A DNA stretch of 64,000 nt from Candidatus Doudnabacteria bacterium. GTDB lineage: Bacteria; Patescibacteriota; Doudnabacteria; UBA920. Below, one piece after another: positions 9,246 to 17,345 of this stretch. The stretch covers positions 18,380-82,379 of the forward strand of contig JARLHZ010000039.1 in NCBI GenBank assembly GCA_031291995.1, read 5' to 3'. Numbering within the stretch: the stretch's first letter is position 1; every line of letters starts with the position of its first letter. The position numbers and the translations under genes are program-made. A model generated the notes under the pieces. That model made no database searches and was not told the origin of the DNA. It saw nothing but the letters and a program-made list of their open reading frames with translations.

Positions 9246-10382
9246 TTAATGTTTTTTTTCCGGTTTCATGAACCCGGAGAAGTTTTGCGAGTTCACGCCA
9301 CCCAATTCTTTCCGGCCATTTAAATCTTTAACGAAAATATTTTTTATTTTATCGGTCAAAGAGCGTTCTTTCCATTTGAATTCAAACCCGTCCACAAGCC
9401 CATCGGAAACTTCAATAAGGTCTATTTCTTCGCCCTTGTAAGAGCGCCAGAAATAGTGTTCGGCAAAGGCTCCCAGCGCCTCATTTCGCTTCTTCCTTTC
9501 CACGACGCAGAAGTTTTCCCAGAGCTGGCCCAGGTCCTGACGTCTGTCCAACTGAGTGAAATCGTTTATAATGGCATTGCGGATGCCGAGATCGTAAAAA
9601 TAATATTTTTTTTGTTTGATAATGGATTTTCTTTTGTTGGTAAAGTAGGGCTTTAAGGAAAAAATGATGTACAGTTTTTCCAGAATATCTAAATAGCTGG
9701 TCACGGTTTTGGTGTCAAGTCCCACAATGGTTGCCAGCTCGTTCATAGATACCTGGCCGCCCAATTGCAGAGCCAGGGCTTTTAAGATATGTTCCAGCGA
9801 GCGGGGGTTCTTTATATATTCAATGTTCAGCACGTCTTTAAACAGGTAATTGGTTGCAATATTTTGGATGATATTTCGGCGCGTTTCATCGGTATGAGCC
9901 GTTACAACTTCCGGGTACGAACCATATACCATGAAGTTGTTTAATTCAAATAAGCCTACGGCCCCGGCTTCGCCAAACGAGATGGGGTACATATTATAAG
10001 AAAAGTACCTGCCGGTTAAAGGTTCGTTGACGGTATTGGAAAGTTCAAAAGCAGAAGAACCCGTGGCAATGATTTTCAGTTTGGGCAGCTCGTCAAAAAT
10101 TACTTTCAGCTTGATGCCGATGTCTTCTATTCTCTGGGCCTCGTCAACAACCAGCAAATCAATATCCGCAAATTGCTTAACCATGTCGCGGGAAGGCCGG
10201 TTAAGTTTTTCCTGGTCGTCGATAAAATCTCCGTTTATATAGGTGCTCTTGGCGAAGCGGTCTAAAAAGTGTTTGACTAAAGTTGTTTTCCCTACCTGCC
10301 TGGGCCCGTAAATTATTAAAATTTTGCGATCCCGAAGGTTTTGTGAAATTTTTTCCTCTAAATATCGCTTTATTTCAGGCAT
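9246..10382 (-). CDS. AAA+ ATPase of the DUF4143 (COG1373-like) family
   Basis: Walker A GPRQVGKTTL, Walker B LLVVDEAQRI. About 378 aa, the typical size for the family. Confidence 0.75.
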   Translation of the reverse strand: MPEIKRYLEEKISQNLRDRKILIIYGPRQVGKTTLVKHFLDRFAKSTYINGDFIDDQEKLNRPSRDMVKQFADIDLLVVDEAQRIEDIGIKLKVIFDELPKLKIIATGSSAFELSNTVNEPLTGRYFSYNMYPISFGEAGAVGLFELNNFMVYGSYPEVVTAHTDETRRNIIQNIATNYLFKDVLNIEYIKNPRSLEHILKALALQLGGQVSMNELATIVGLDTKTVTSYLDILEKLYIIFSLKPYFTNKRKSIIKQKKYYFYDLGIRNAIINDFTQLDRRQDLGQLWENFCVVERKKRNEALGAFAEHYFWRSYKGEEIDLIEVSDGLVDGFEFKWKERSLTDKIKNIFVKDLNGRKELGGVNSQNFSGFMKPEKKH

Positions 10383-10472
10383 ATTTTTAATAAAAGTAAA
10401 TTTTTGGAATACACCCCATATTTTATATTTAAATAGAATTTAAGTCAAATTGGGTTTTTGGGCCTAAACGGG

Positions 10473-10517
10473 ATAGGCGAGAACGCAAACCCCAAAATTT
10501 GGGGTTTGTTTTTTTAG
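10473..10517 (+). terminator. Rho-independent terminator module, second copy (ATAGGCGAGAACGC + AAACCCCAAAATTTGGGGTTT + T-run)
   Basis: Near-perfect palindrome followed by GTTTTTTT. Shares the ATAGGCGARAACGC leader with 8995..9037. Confidence 0.65.
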
Positions 10518-10915
10518 CCATCAAAAAAATCGGCCATGCCCTATAGGGGCTAACCGATTTTTCTGTCCTAAGCTGTCTTTATGACTTAGTGATCCAACAT
10601 TGCAATAAGAGGTTGGCTGTTCCTATTCCGCAGATACGCTACGGACACCAGCCATACGGTCAGTATTCGGACTGGCCTTCGGCTATTTTAGCAAGTCGGC
10701 ATGCCTTCTTGCTAAACCAATCTCTGCCAAAAAAGGGCAGGCCTTCGCCGAGACCTTGTGGAGCCGAAGGGCTGGTTATGCTCCGCCGTCGACTGTTTAC
10801 AAAACAGTTGCTCTGCTATTGAACTACTTCGGCATGGGGTGAGGGACGGGTAATGCTCCCGCTTCTCCCGATTCACAGTCGGGTATAATTACTTTTATAC
10901 GACCCTCAACATAAG

Positions 10916-10989
10916 TGGCGCCGGCTGAAGGAACTGAACCCTCACTAACGGGTTTGGAATCCGTCGTCTTACCGTTAGACGAAGCCGAC
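10916..10989 (-). tRNA. candidate tRNA-Trp (anticodon CCA)
   Basis: Hand-folded cloverleaf: 7-bp acceptor with one G-U, U8, 4-bp D-stem with A14 and G18G19, anticodon loop UUCCAAA with U33 and A37, 4-nt variable loop, T-arm GAGGG/UUCAGUU/CCUUC, discriminator G, encoded CCA. Weak points are an A-C closing the anticodon stem and G at position 58. Confidence 0.55.
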
Positions 10990-11177
10990 AAACAAAAAAG
11001 CACCCAGCTATGGTTGCAATCCAATTTATGTTTAAAAGTTTATCTTATGCAAAAACATAAAGCAAATTACCCATAGCAAAATCCGTGGAATCTTTCCACG
11101 TGGTGGTATGATGTGTTGTTTGGGTAACTATTTGCTTCATAATAAATAAGACGAAAGCACTTATAGTTTTGTTACAG

Positions 11178-11603
11178 TTATTTTCTTTCCTTTAGTTCAA
11201 TTGATTCTTTTGTTAGATCAAATTTAATTACAAAAATTTCAAAAAATCCTTTTTGCCCCAAGATGCCATAACTGTCCTCGGAAATCTCTTCGGAAAACCC
11301 GACTGTGGTGTTATATTTCCAGCCACCGATGACCAAAGTAATTTTGTGCAGGTATGCGGCCGCTGCTTCAGTTTTTTGAACTCCACCAAAGGTTAGCTTT
11401 TCACCGGCGGTAATGTCCAAGCCTAAGGCCTCGCCGACTTCGGTATGGAATATAGAAAAATCGGCACCGGAATCAACTAGCGCCCTGTATTGCAAAGACT
11501 TATCGCCGTTAGCAATCCTGATGTCAATAATTGGCTTTAAAATAGAACTGCCGAAAAAGTTAGACCTTTCTGGCAGAGTAATTTTGGAGTAGTCAAATTT
11601 CAT
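11178..11603 (-). CDS. retropepsin-like (clan AA) aspartic protease
   Basis: ALVDSGADFSIF matches the D-S/T-G-A active-site motif. Likely start is MKFDYSKI; the in-frame upstream extension overlaps the next gene. Confidence 0.7.
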   Translation of the reverse strand: MKFDYSKITLPERSNFFGSSILKPIIDIRIANGDKSLQYRALVDSGADFSIFHTEVGEALGLDITAGEKLTFGGVQKTEAAAAYLHKITLVIGGWKYNTTVGFSEEISEDSYGILGQKGFFEIFVIKFDLTKESIELKERK

Positions 11604-11622
11604 TTTGTTTTTGGGTCGAAGT

Positions 11623-11817
11623 TTAAATAGCTCCGATCTGGGGAATAATGCGGGTGGGGACTTTAAAGAGGATGGGGTCATTAAAACCTTTGGTATTGGC
11701 CTCGTTTAAAACCTCTTTTACTGTTTTGCCGGCAGCAACAACCGTGATCTTATCTTCTTTTAAGGCTACCCATAGACCCTTATATTTTTGATAGATTTTA
11801 GTTAAATCAATGGCCAT
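11623..11817 (-). CDS. small protein (DUF5678-like) paired with the retropepsin-like protease
   Basis: 64 aa, KGLWVAL..DKITVVAAGKTVKEVLNEANTKGF..PILFKVP. Same strand, immediately upstream of the protease. Confidence 0.55.
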   Translation of the reverse strand: MAIDLTKIYQKYKGLWVALKEDKITVVAAGKTVKEVLNEANTKGFNDPILFKVPTRIIPQIGAI

Positions 11818-12310
11818 AAAATGAAAGTTTAATGATAATTTATATAACGAATTAGCAAACCGTTTGATACACTAATTTTACCTCAAGCGACCTAGCCGGT
11901 CAAACAGGGGAGGGTTCGGGAACAGAGTGAACAATTTTGCCCCGACTGTCACGCTCTACAATTTTCCGCGCGTAATGGGGCGGGGGCATTTTTACGGTAA
12001 AGGAAAAGGGGATAAATTTTGCGTCATCCCGCAAAGACGTATGCCCTTCGACAGGCTCAGGACTATGGGCGGTTGCGCTCAAGCTATGCCGATTTGAAAT
12101 GAAATAAAATTGAATTATAAATTAGAAATTATGAATGTAGCGCAGGCCAGTGGCCTGCTTTTACAGTTCACCCAATAGTATAAGCCAGACGGGCGCTTTA
12201 GCCAAGAGATTGACGGAATTAAATATTTGGCATACCATATTTTCTGTAGAAGCACACCATGCTCGTCGTAGACAGGGTGTGCGTTTTTATTTGTAGGAGG
12301 ATTCCGTAAA

Positions 12311-12676
12311 ATGTCGGTTACGATAGTCAGCAGGCTGAGCAATCCGAGGCCCACCGTGCGTCATACGAAGTTGTTTCCGTTACAAGGCATCAGGCCCGTG
12401 TGCCAGGTAGCGAATGAAGAACACGAGGTGTCCTTCATGATTTTGGCGGCGCACGCCGTTAAAATGGGGATGACTCCGGAAATCAAGCTGGAATATGCAG
12501 TCATGCAACTGAATAGGGCGGCTATTAAACTGCCCGAAGACACGCAACTCATCCGGTGCAACCAGCACGCCGATGGCATCCGCCTGACGCTACAGCAGGG
12601 TGATGTTTTTTCCCGGTTTGAGGATACCGTCGAAGTTTTTCTCCAACGCTTCTACCACTTCGACAACGCAGCCTAG
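12311..12676 (+). CDS. hypothetical protein in GC-rich segment
   Basis: ORF followed by a Rho-independent terminator at 12691..12730. No recognisable domain. The flanking DNA is markedly more GC-rich. Confidence 0.4.
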   Translation: MSVTIVSRLSNPRPTVRHTKLFPLQGIRPVCQVANEEHEVSFMILAAHAVKMGMTPEIKLEYAVMQLNRAAIKLPEDTQLIRCNQHADGIRLTLQQGDVFSRFEDTVEVFLQRFYHFDNAA

Positions 12677-12690
12677 CTGACATTCACCCT

Positions 12691-12730
12691 CGCGGGCGGC
12701 CGCCTTCCAGTCGCCCGCGAATCCTTTTTG
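12691..12730 (+). terminator. Rho-independent terminator
   Basis: Stem CGCGGGCG...CGCCCGCG followed by AATCCTTTTTG. Confidence 0.6.
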
Positions 12731-12756
12731 GGAGGGTTTTTATTTTGGTAAAATTG

Positions 12757-12785
12757 TTGACATAGTTTAGTTCATGACGTAGTAT
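12757..12785 (+). promoter_or_regulatory. sigma-70-like promoter (TTGACA-17-TAGTAT)
   Basis: Consensus -35 hexamer, 17-nt spacer and near-consensus -10, about 70 nt upstream of the ORF at 12856. Confidence 0.55.
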
Positions 12786-12855
12786 ATGTCTTAAGATTCA
12801 GCGTTGCCGATGTAATCTCGGTGCGTTGTTTTCTTAAATCTAGATTGGGGGTTTC

Positions 12856-13338
12856 ATGAAGAGTTTTTCGTTGGTCGGGTACACGCCGATATTCCAGCGG
12901 CCTATTGCCGTTGGTTTGGCCAGCCAGAATGCTGGTGGTGTAAGATATATCGATGTTAAGCGGGAGCACTTAGGTCGCCAAGCCGCCGTATGCGAGATTC
13001 TCGCGAGGCAGAAGATTCAGCCCAAGCGGCTGAGGGACTCTGCCGAGCCGCCCGCGGCTCCCGTGGTGCTGCTTGCCAATAATAGGCATCGTATGCATTT
13101 TGCCATGTTGGCGAGTGTCTCTGGTATCACCAGGACAACTAGCCCGGAAAAGGCCGTAGGCTTGATTGCGGTTGTCTCATCGTGTCTGCCGAAAGGCATC
13201 GTTCTGCACCGGAGGACCTTCGGGCGTCACATCATTCGCCTGACGCTGGCTAGTACCGCCGGACATTCCCGCTTTGAGGGTACGCCAGGACAGTTGATCC
13301 AATCCTTCCTTACCTCTGATCCGCAGCGGTCATCCTAG
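12856..13338 (+). CDS. hypothetical protein in GC-rich segment
   Basis: 160-aa ORF downstream of a consensus promoter. No recognisable domain. Confidence 0.4.
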   Translation: MKSFSLVGYTPIFQRPIAVGLASQNAGGVRYIDVKREHLGRQAAVCEILARQKIQPKRLRDSAEPPAAPVVLLANNRHRMHFAMLASVSGITRTTSPEKAVGLIAVVSSCLPKGIVLHRRTFGRHIIRLTLASTAGHSRFEGTPGQLIQSFLTSDPQRSS

Positions 13339-13475
13339 TTTTATATTTCTGCTCCGCTCCCGCAAGCAGAACAAGGGCGCATCGCAGGCTTTTCTCCAAA
13401 GCTTCGGCGCCCTTTAATTTTGTGCTAAACTGAAACTAGCCGATAATTTTATCGATTTAGTAATTAGCAATCTTT

Positions 13476-14273
13476 ATGAAAATTACCAATCCAACTAAAA
13501 TCAAAAATAAGTCTTTAATTGTTTTTGACCTGGACGGTACGCTGGCGCCGAGCAAGACGCCTATGGATGGGGAGATGTGCGGGTTGATGGAAAAATTGCT
13601 GGAAGCCAAAAAGGTGGCGGTTATTGGCGGGGGAAAATATGATTTGTTTAAGGAACAGCTTTTGGCGCCGCTAAAAATTTCCAAAGATTTATTTAAAAGA
13701 CTTTATTTATTCCCCACAACTTCCACATCTTTTTATAAATACGAAAAATCCTGGAAAAACATTTATGCCCACCAGCTAAGCCAGGCCGAACGGGCAAAAA
13801 TAAAAAAGACTTTTGCCAAGGTGTTAAAGGAAATTAATTACCAGGCTCCGCCAAAAACATACGGAAGAGTTATAGAAGACCGCGGCACCCAGGTAACGTT
13901 TAGCGCGCTCGGGCAGGACGTGGTCAAAATTTTGGGCCGGGACAAGGGCGTGGCCATGAAAGACAAATGGCGCGACGAAAACACGCCGGTTAAACTGAAA
14001 ATCGCCAAATTAATGTCCAAGTATCTGCCCGATTTGGAAATCCGCGCGGCCGGGCACACCTCGGTGGACGTGACCAAGAAGGGGATAGACAAGGCCTACG
14101 GCTTAAAGCAGATAGAAAAATATTTGGGCGTAAAAATTAAAGACATGCTGTTTATAGGCGACGCCATTTTCCCCGGCGGCAACGACTACGCCATTACCAA
14201 AACCAAAGTCGACTACATGCCCGTTAAAGGACCGGAAGAGACAAAAAAAATTATCAAAGCAATATTAAACTAA
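13476..14273 (+). CDS. eukaryote-type phosphomannomutase (HAD-IIB, PMM family)
   Basis: LIVFDLDGTLAPSKTP (HAD motif I), VIGGGKYDLFKEQL and FIGDA...GGNDY align with PMM1/2-type enzymes. Terminator follows. Confidence 0.75.
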   Translation: MKITNPTKIKNKSLIVFDLDGTLAPSKTPMDGEMCGLMEKLLEAKKVAVIGGGKYDLFKEQLLAPLKISKDLFKRLYLFPTTSTSFYKYEKSWKNIYAHQLSQAERAKIKKTFAKVLKEINYQAPPKTYGRVIEDRGTQVTFSALGQDVVKILGRDKGVAMKDKWRDENTPVKLKIAKLMSKYLPDLEIRAAGHTSVDVTKKGIDKAYGLKQIEKYLGVKIKDMLFIGDAIFPGGNDYAITKTKVDYMPVKGPEETKKIIKAILN

Positions 14274-14276
14274 TAC

Positions 14277-14303
14277 AAACGCCCTTGACGGGCGTTTTTA
14301 TTT
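14277..14303 (+). terminator. Rho-independent terminator
   Basis: Stem AAACGCCCTTGACGGGCGTTT followed by TTTATT. Confidence 0.7.
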
Positions 14304-14359
14304 ACTTGGAAATAGTGGCGGCAGCGGACATCGGGTTGATGCGCGCTGCCGTGTGTGCT

Positions 14360-14596
14360 TCATGCGGTCGCTCCTTTTGAAAGCGGAACCAGGCGGATGG
14401 GTTTAATGGTTTTTACGCCATCAAGTCCTTGCGGAAGATCGTTCGCTTGGTGTTCATCAACAGCTGTGATGGTAATTACCAGGGTTTCCCGGTTGTATTC
14501 CATCGGCCATTTTGCCAGTGCTTTCCAAGCTGTGAAGTTGAACCAGGCTGTTCTCATCCTTGAAAGATCCTCAAAACAGTACTCTACTGATATCAC
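14360..14596 (-). CDS. hypothetical small protein
   Basis: 78-aa ORF co-directional with trpS and the upstream 122-aa ORF. The plus-strand alternative (14355..14600) looks low-complexity. Confidence 0.4.
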   Translation of the reverse strand: MISVEYCFEDLSRMRTAWFNFTAWKALAKWPMEYNRETLVITITAVDEHQANDLPQGLDGVKTIKPIRLVPLSKGATA

Positions 14597-14611
14597 ATAA
14601 CCCCCATGGGA

Positions 14612-14980
14612 TTAGACATTTGATAACATCCGATGAGACTTTTTTGCGATGTGGTGGTGCGACCTCCTTAAAAACAATACATTAGGGCCGTATAAACTTA
14701 GGATTTCGATTGCCTGCTCCAGCGGCAGACGGACAATGAACATCTTTTCTATCAGATCTTCATGGTCTTGAAAAGTACCCTGCTCGGGTGATCTAATTTC
14801 GATCAGCGCTGCGAAGGTGGTCTTGGACTCATGTTCGGCTCCTTTTATTTCATACGTATCATCCAGAACCGGCCGAAAACCAAACACGGACTTTTTATTC
14901 ACGGACGTAATAAATCCGCGTCCCAATGAGTTGAGATCTCTAAAATATATTACCAAGGTATAAGATATTGTGTCCTGCAT
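14612..14980 (-). CDS. hypothetical protein
   Basis: 122 aa. Strong SD AAGGAGG 6 nt upstream of the ATG. Lies downstream of trpS on the same strand. Confidence 0.6.
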   Translation of the reverse strand: MQDTISYTLVIYFRDLNSLGRGFITSVNKKSVFGFRPVLDDTYEIKGAEHESKTTFAALIEIRSPEQGTFQDHEDLIEKMFIVRLPLEQAIEILSLYGPNVLFLRRSHHHIAKKSHRMLSNV

Positions 14981-15022
14981 GGAAACCTCCTTGGGAATCC
15001 AACAAAAAATCGGACAGCTATG

Positions 15023-16066
15023 CTATAGCAGTCCGATTTTTTGTTTGACTTCCAAAAGTGTTTGACCGGCGACTTTACGGGCACGACTGGCACCGTCGCC
15101 GAGGATTTCGGCCAGGTAGTCCGGCTTGTTTAAGAGTTCTTTTTTCTTTTCGCGAAATTCGGCAAAGAAATTATAAATGTCGTCCGCCAGGGTTTGTTTG
15201 AGCTCGCTGTATTGTAATAATCCTTCGGTTTGTTTGTCCGCGAAATATTTTTTGGTCTTTTCCGGACTAAAGCTGTTCATCAAGAGGAATAAATTATCTA
15301 CCCCGGCGCTGGCTTTACCACTGGCATCCGAAGCCGTTACGGCTTTTTTGAGCTTACGCTGAATTTCTTCCCGGGTATCATCCAAAAGCAACGCTTCGTC
15401 GCCCGTCTTGCTCATTTTTTTGGTCGGGTCCTGCAGGCTCATTATACGCAAAGGCTTTCTAAGATAAGTTTGCGGCTCGGGGAAAATTTTTCCGAATTTG
15501 CCATTGAATTTTTTGGCAATCAACCGCGCCAATTCCACATGCTGGACCTGGTCTTCGCCCACCGGCACGGCCGAAGGTTTGTAGAGCAAAATATCCGCGG
15601 CCATGAGGCACGGGTAGGTGAGCAGGCCGGCATTGGCCACTTCCTTGTTTTGGCTAATCTGGATGCCGATTTTGCCGGCCATGGAAACTTTTTTCCCGCC
15701 GCCCGAGGTTTGTTGTTCCACTTTATCCTTAAACTGCGTCATCCGGTAGAGTTCGCCCAAAGGCGTAATGCAGTTAAATATCCAGGCCAACGTGGCGTGT
15801 TCCAAAACGTGATTTTGTAAAAAGAATGTGGTTTTGTTAGGGTCAATCCCCAAAGACAAATAGGTGGCGGCAATATCCAAAGTATTTTGTGAAAGTTCCT
15901 TGGATTCAAACGGCGTGGTAATCCCGTGCAAATCCGCAATAAAATAAAAGCAGCGGTTATTGGGATCGGCCTGGGTGTCCAATAGCTGTTTAATAAGCCC
16001 CAAATAATGCCCAATATGCAATTTCCCGCTGGCCCGTATCCCGGCTACCAATGTTTGCTGTGTCAT
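15023..16066 (-). CDS. trpS: tryptophanyl-tRNA synthetase
   Basis: HIGH motif (KLHIGHYLG) and KMSKT(GD). ITPFESKEL...GIDPNKTTFFLQNHV...MTQFKDK aligns with bacterial TrpRS. 347 aa. Confidence 0.85.
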   Translation of the reverse strand: MTQQTLVAGIRASGKLHIGHYLGLIKQLLDTQADPNNRCFYFIADLHGITTPFESKELSQNTLDIAATYLSLGIDPNKTTFFLQNHVLEHATLAWIFNCITPLGELYRMTQFKDKVEQQTSGGGKKVSMAGKIGIQISQNKEVANAGLLTYPCLMAADILLYKPSAVPVGEDQVQHVELARLIAKKFNGKFGKIFPEPQTYLRKPLRIMSLQDPTKKMSKTGDEALLLDDTREEIQRKLKKAVTASDASGKASAGVDNLFLLMNSFSPEKTKKYFADKQTEGLLQYSELKQTLADDIYNFFAEFREKKKELLNKPDYLAEILGDGASRARKVAGQTLLEVKQKIGLL

Positions 16067-16150
16067 AAAGAGATTATACCAAAAAACTCCCCAAAAGGGG
16101 AGGTGCTTGCGTAGTTGCCCGATTTATCGAGCCTGTAGCAACAATCACGG

Positions 16151-16411
16151 CTAACCGTAAAGTTCAGAGTGGGTATCAATATTAACAAATTTTACATAAT
16201 TTTCTTCTTGCTTAAAAATTGCCCGATAATCACCGCTTACGTTTATGCTTCGGCAGCCTGGGTAAGCTTTGTGAACATCATGATTATGAAGTATGGAGTT
16301 AAAGGGGTTTTCCAAAAATAAAATCAGCCGTTCTTTAAAAGCCATCTGAATGGTTTTTGGCATCTGCGAGTATTTTTTCTGGAAATGCTTGTGATAAAAA
16401 ACACTTGTCAT
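16151..16411 (-). CDS. RelE/ParE-family toxin (type II TA)
   Basis: 86 aa, ...HKAYPGCRSINVSGDYRAIF. 4-bp ATGA overlap with the upstream antitoxin gene. Confidence 0.7.
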   Translation of the reverse strand: MTSVFYHKHFQKKYSQMPKTIQMAFKERLILFLENPFNSILHNHDVHKAYPGCRSINVSGDYRAIFKQEENYVKFVNIDTHSELYG

Positions 16412-16689
16412 GTTAGAGTATCCAAGTACTCTATGGCATCTTTGGCGTTAGTAAAACCCGGGGACAGGTTTTTACCTTTCTTAATGTCTCTTAAGGCTTG
16501 TTTAACTTCTTTGTCAGTTTTGTAATTAAATTTAGGTTCCGCAACCACGGTCACATCCATTTTGCGGTTGGCATAGGCCTGTGTGGCCATCTTAAGCACA
16601 AAAGCCAAAGGCACACCCTCCTCTTTTGCCCGTTTCATGGCCTTTTGTTTTAAGGCTTTATCGATTTTAAAAATAACTTGGGAGTTCAT
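16408..16689 (-). CDS. antitoxin (RelB/DinJ or RHH-like) partner
   Basis: 93-aa charged protein immediately upstream of and overlapping the toxin gene. Confidence 0.6.
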   Translation of the reverse strand: MNSQVIFKIDKALKQKAMKRAKEEGVPLAFVLKMATQAYANRKMDVTVVAEPKFNYKTDKEVKQALRDIKKGKNLSPGFTNAKDAIEYLDTLT

Positions 16690-16728
16690 ACATAAATTTT
16701 AATAGTATAACCAAAGTATAGCTTATAG

Positions 16729-17004
16729 TTATATAAGTGTCAAAAAAAATGAGCGCCGCAGAGTGACAAGTGCGGCGCTCGGAGAGGTTACGATCTGTAG
16801 CCTTCCGCCGATTGATCTTCGGCCATAATCCGGGCCAAGTCGGGCGGGGGAACGACTTGTTCCCATAGCCGGTTGCGCCCAACGGCAATCCTCGCGCCAG
16901 TAGGTGTTAGGCGTGGGCTGCTTTTTGGGTGCAACCACTGTTGGCTGGAGTTCAGTGTTGTCTCGATAAGGTGAGCAGGAACCGATGCTACATTGCTTAG
17001 TCAT
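16729..17004 (-). CDS. questionable small ORF in a GC-rich, hairpin-rich segment
   Basis: AGGAGGA is 5 nt upstream of ATG(MTKQ...). The ORF reads through a strong hairpin followed by T-run at its 3' end. Odd composition. Could instead be a structured RNA. Confidence 0.3.
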   Translation of the reverse strand: MTKQCSIGSCSPYRDNTELQPTVVAPKKQPTPNTYWREDCRWAQPAMGTSRSPARLGPDYGRRSIGGRLQIVTSPSAALVTLRRSFFLTLI

Positions 17005-17158
17005 TATCCTCCTAAAAAAAGCCGCCAAGCGTTGCTCGGCGGCATTCGGGTATATTGTAGCGCATCTATGAAAACTGTCAAAAATTTGTTTTATTGCAAA
17101 GTTTGTACTTTTACTTCATAATTAAAGCGTTAATAAGAGAAATTCAATTTAAAAATAT

Positions 17159-17344
17159 TTGTTGTTTGTAAAATATATGGACGCTAAAAATATCGAGAAA
17201 AAGGTTAAAGAGCTACAGACTGTAATGGCCGGTTATAAGCATGAATTGAGTAGTTTGGAAAAAACTTTGTATAGGTCGATTTCGGATTATCAGAAAGCTA
17301 TAGACGAGGAAAAGCTTAAAGATATCAGAAGTAGTCTGTCTTAA
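17159..17344 (+). CDS. small coiled-coil protein, first gene of a 3-gene operon
   Basis: 61 aa. Promoter-like TTGCAA-17-CATAAT upstream. Stop is 1 nt from the next start. Confidence 0.5.
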   Translation: MLFVKYMDAKNIEKKVKELQTVMAGYKHELSSLEKTLYRSISDYQKAIDEEKLKDIRSSLS

Positions 17345-17345
17345 T

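Noticed and set aside
10560-10900. Possible tmRNA or RNase P RNA next to the tRNA-like structure
   Set aside because: No GGAAAGTCCGG / ACAGAACCCGGCTTA RNase P boxes were found. There is no tag reading frame ending in a hydrophobic ...LAA-type tail with resume codon, and the tRNA-like part has a full D-arm and anticodon arm, which tmRNA lacks. The region is left as an unassigned structured RNA candidate.
10589-11024. ORFs 10589..10822 (+) and 10824..11024 (-) as protein-coding genes
   Set aside because: No RBS, and junk-like composition. The minus ORF overlaps the candidate tRNA-Trp, and the region is better explained as non-coding structured sequence.
14355-14600. Plus-strand 81-aa ORF opposite 14360..14596
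   Set aside because: Cys/Ser-rich and non-protein-like. The minus-strand frame is co-directional with the neighbouring genes and more plausible.
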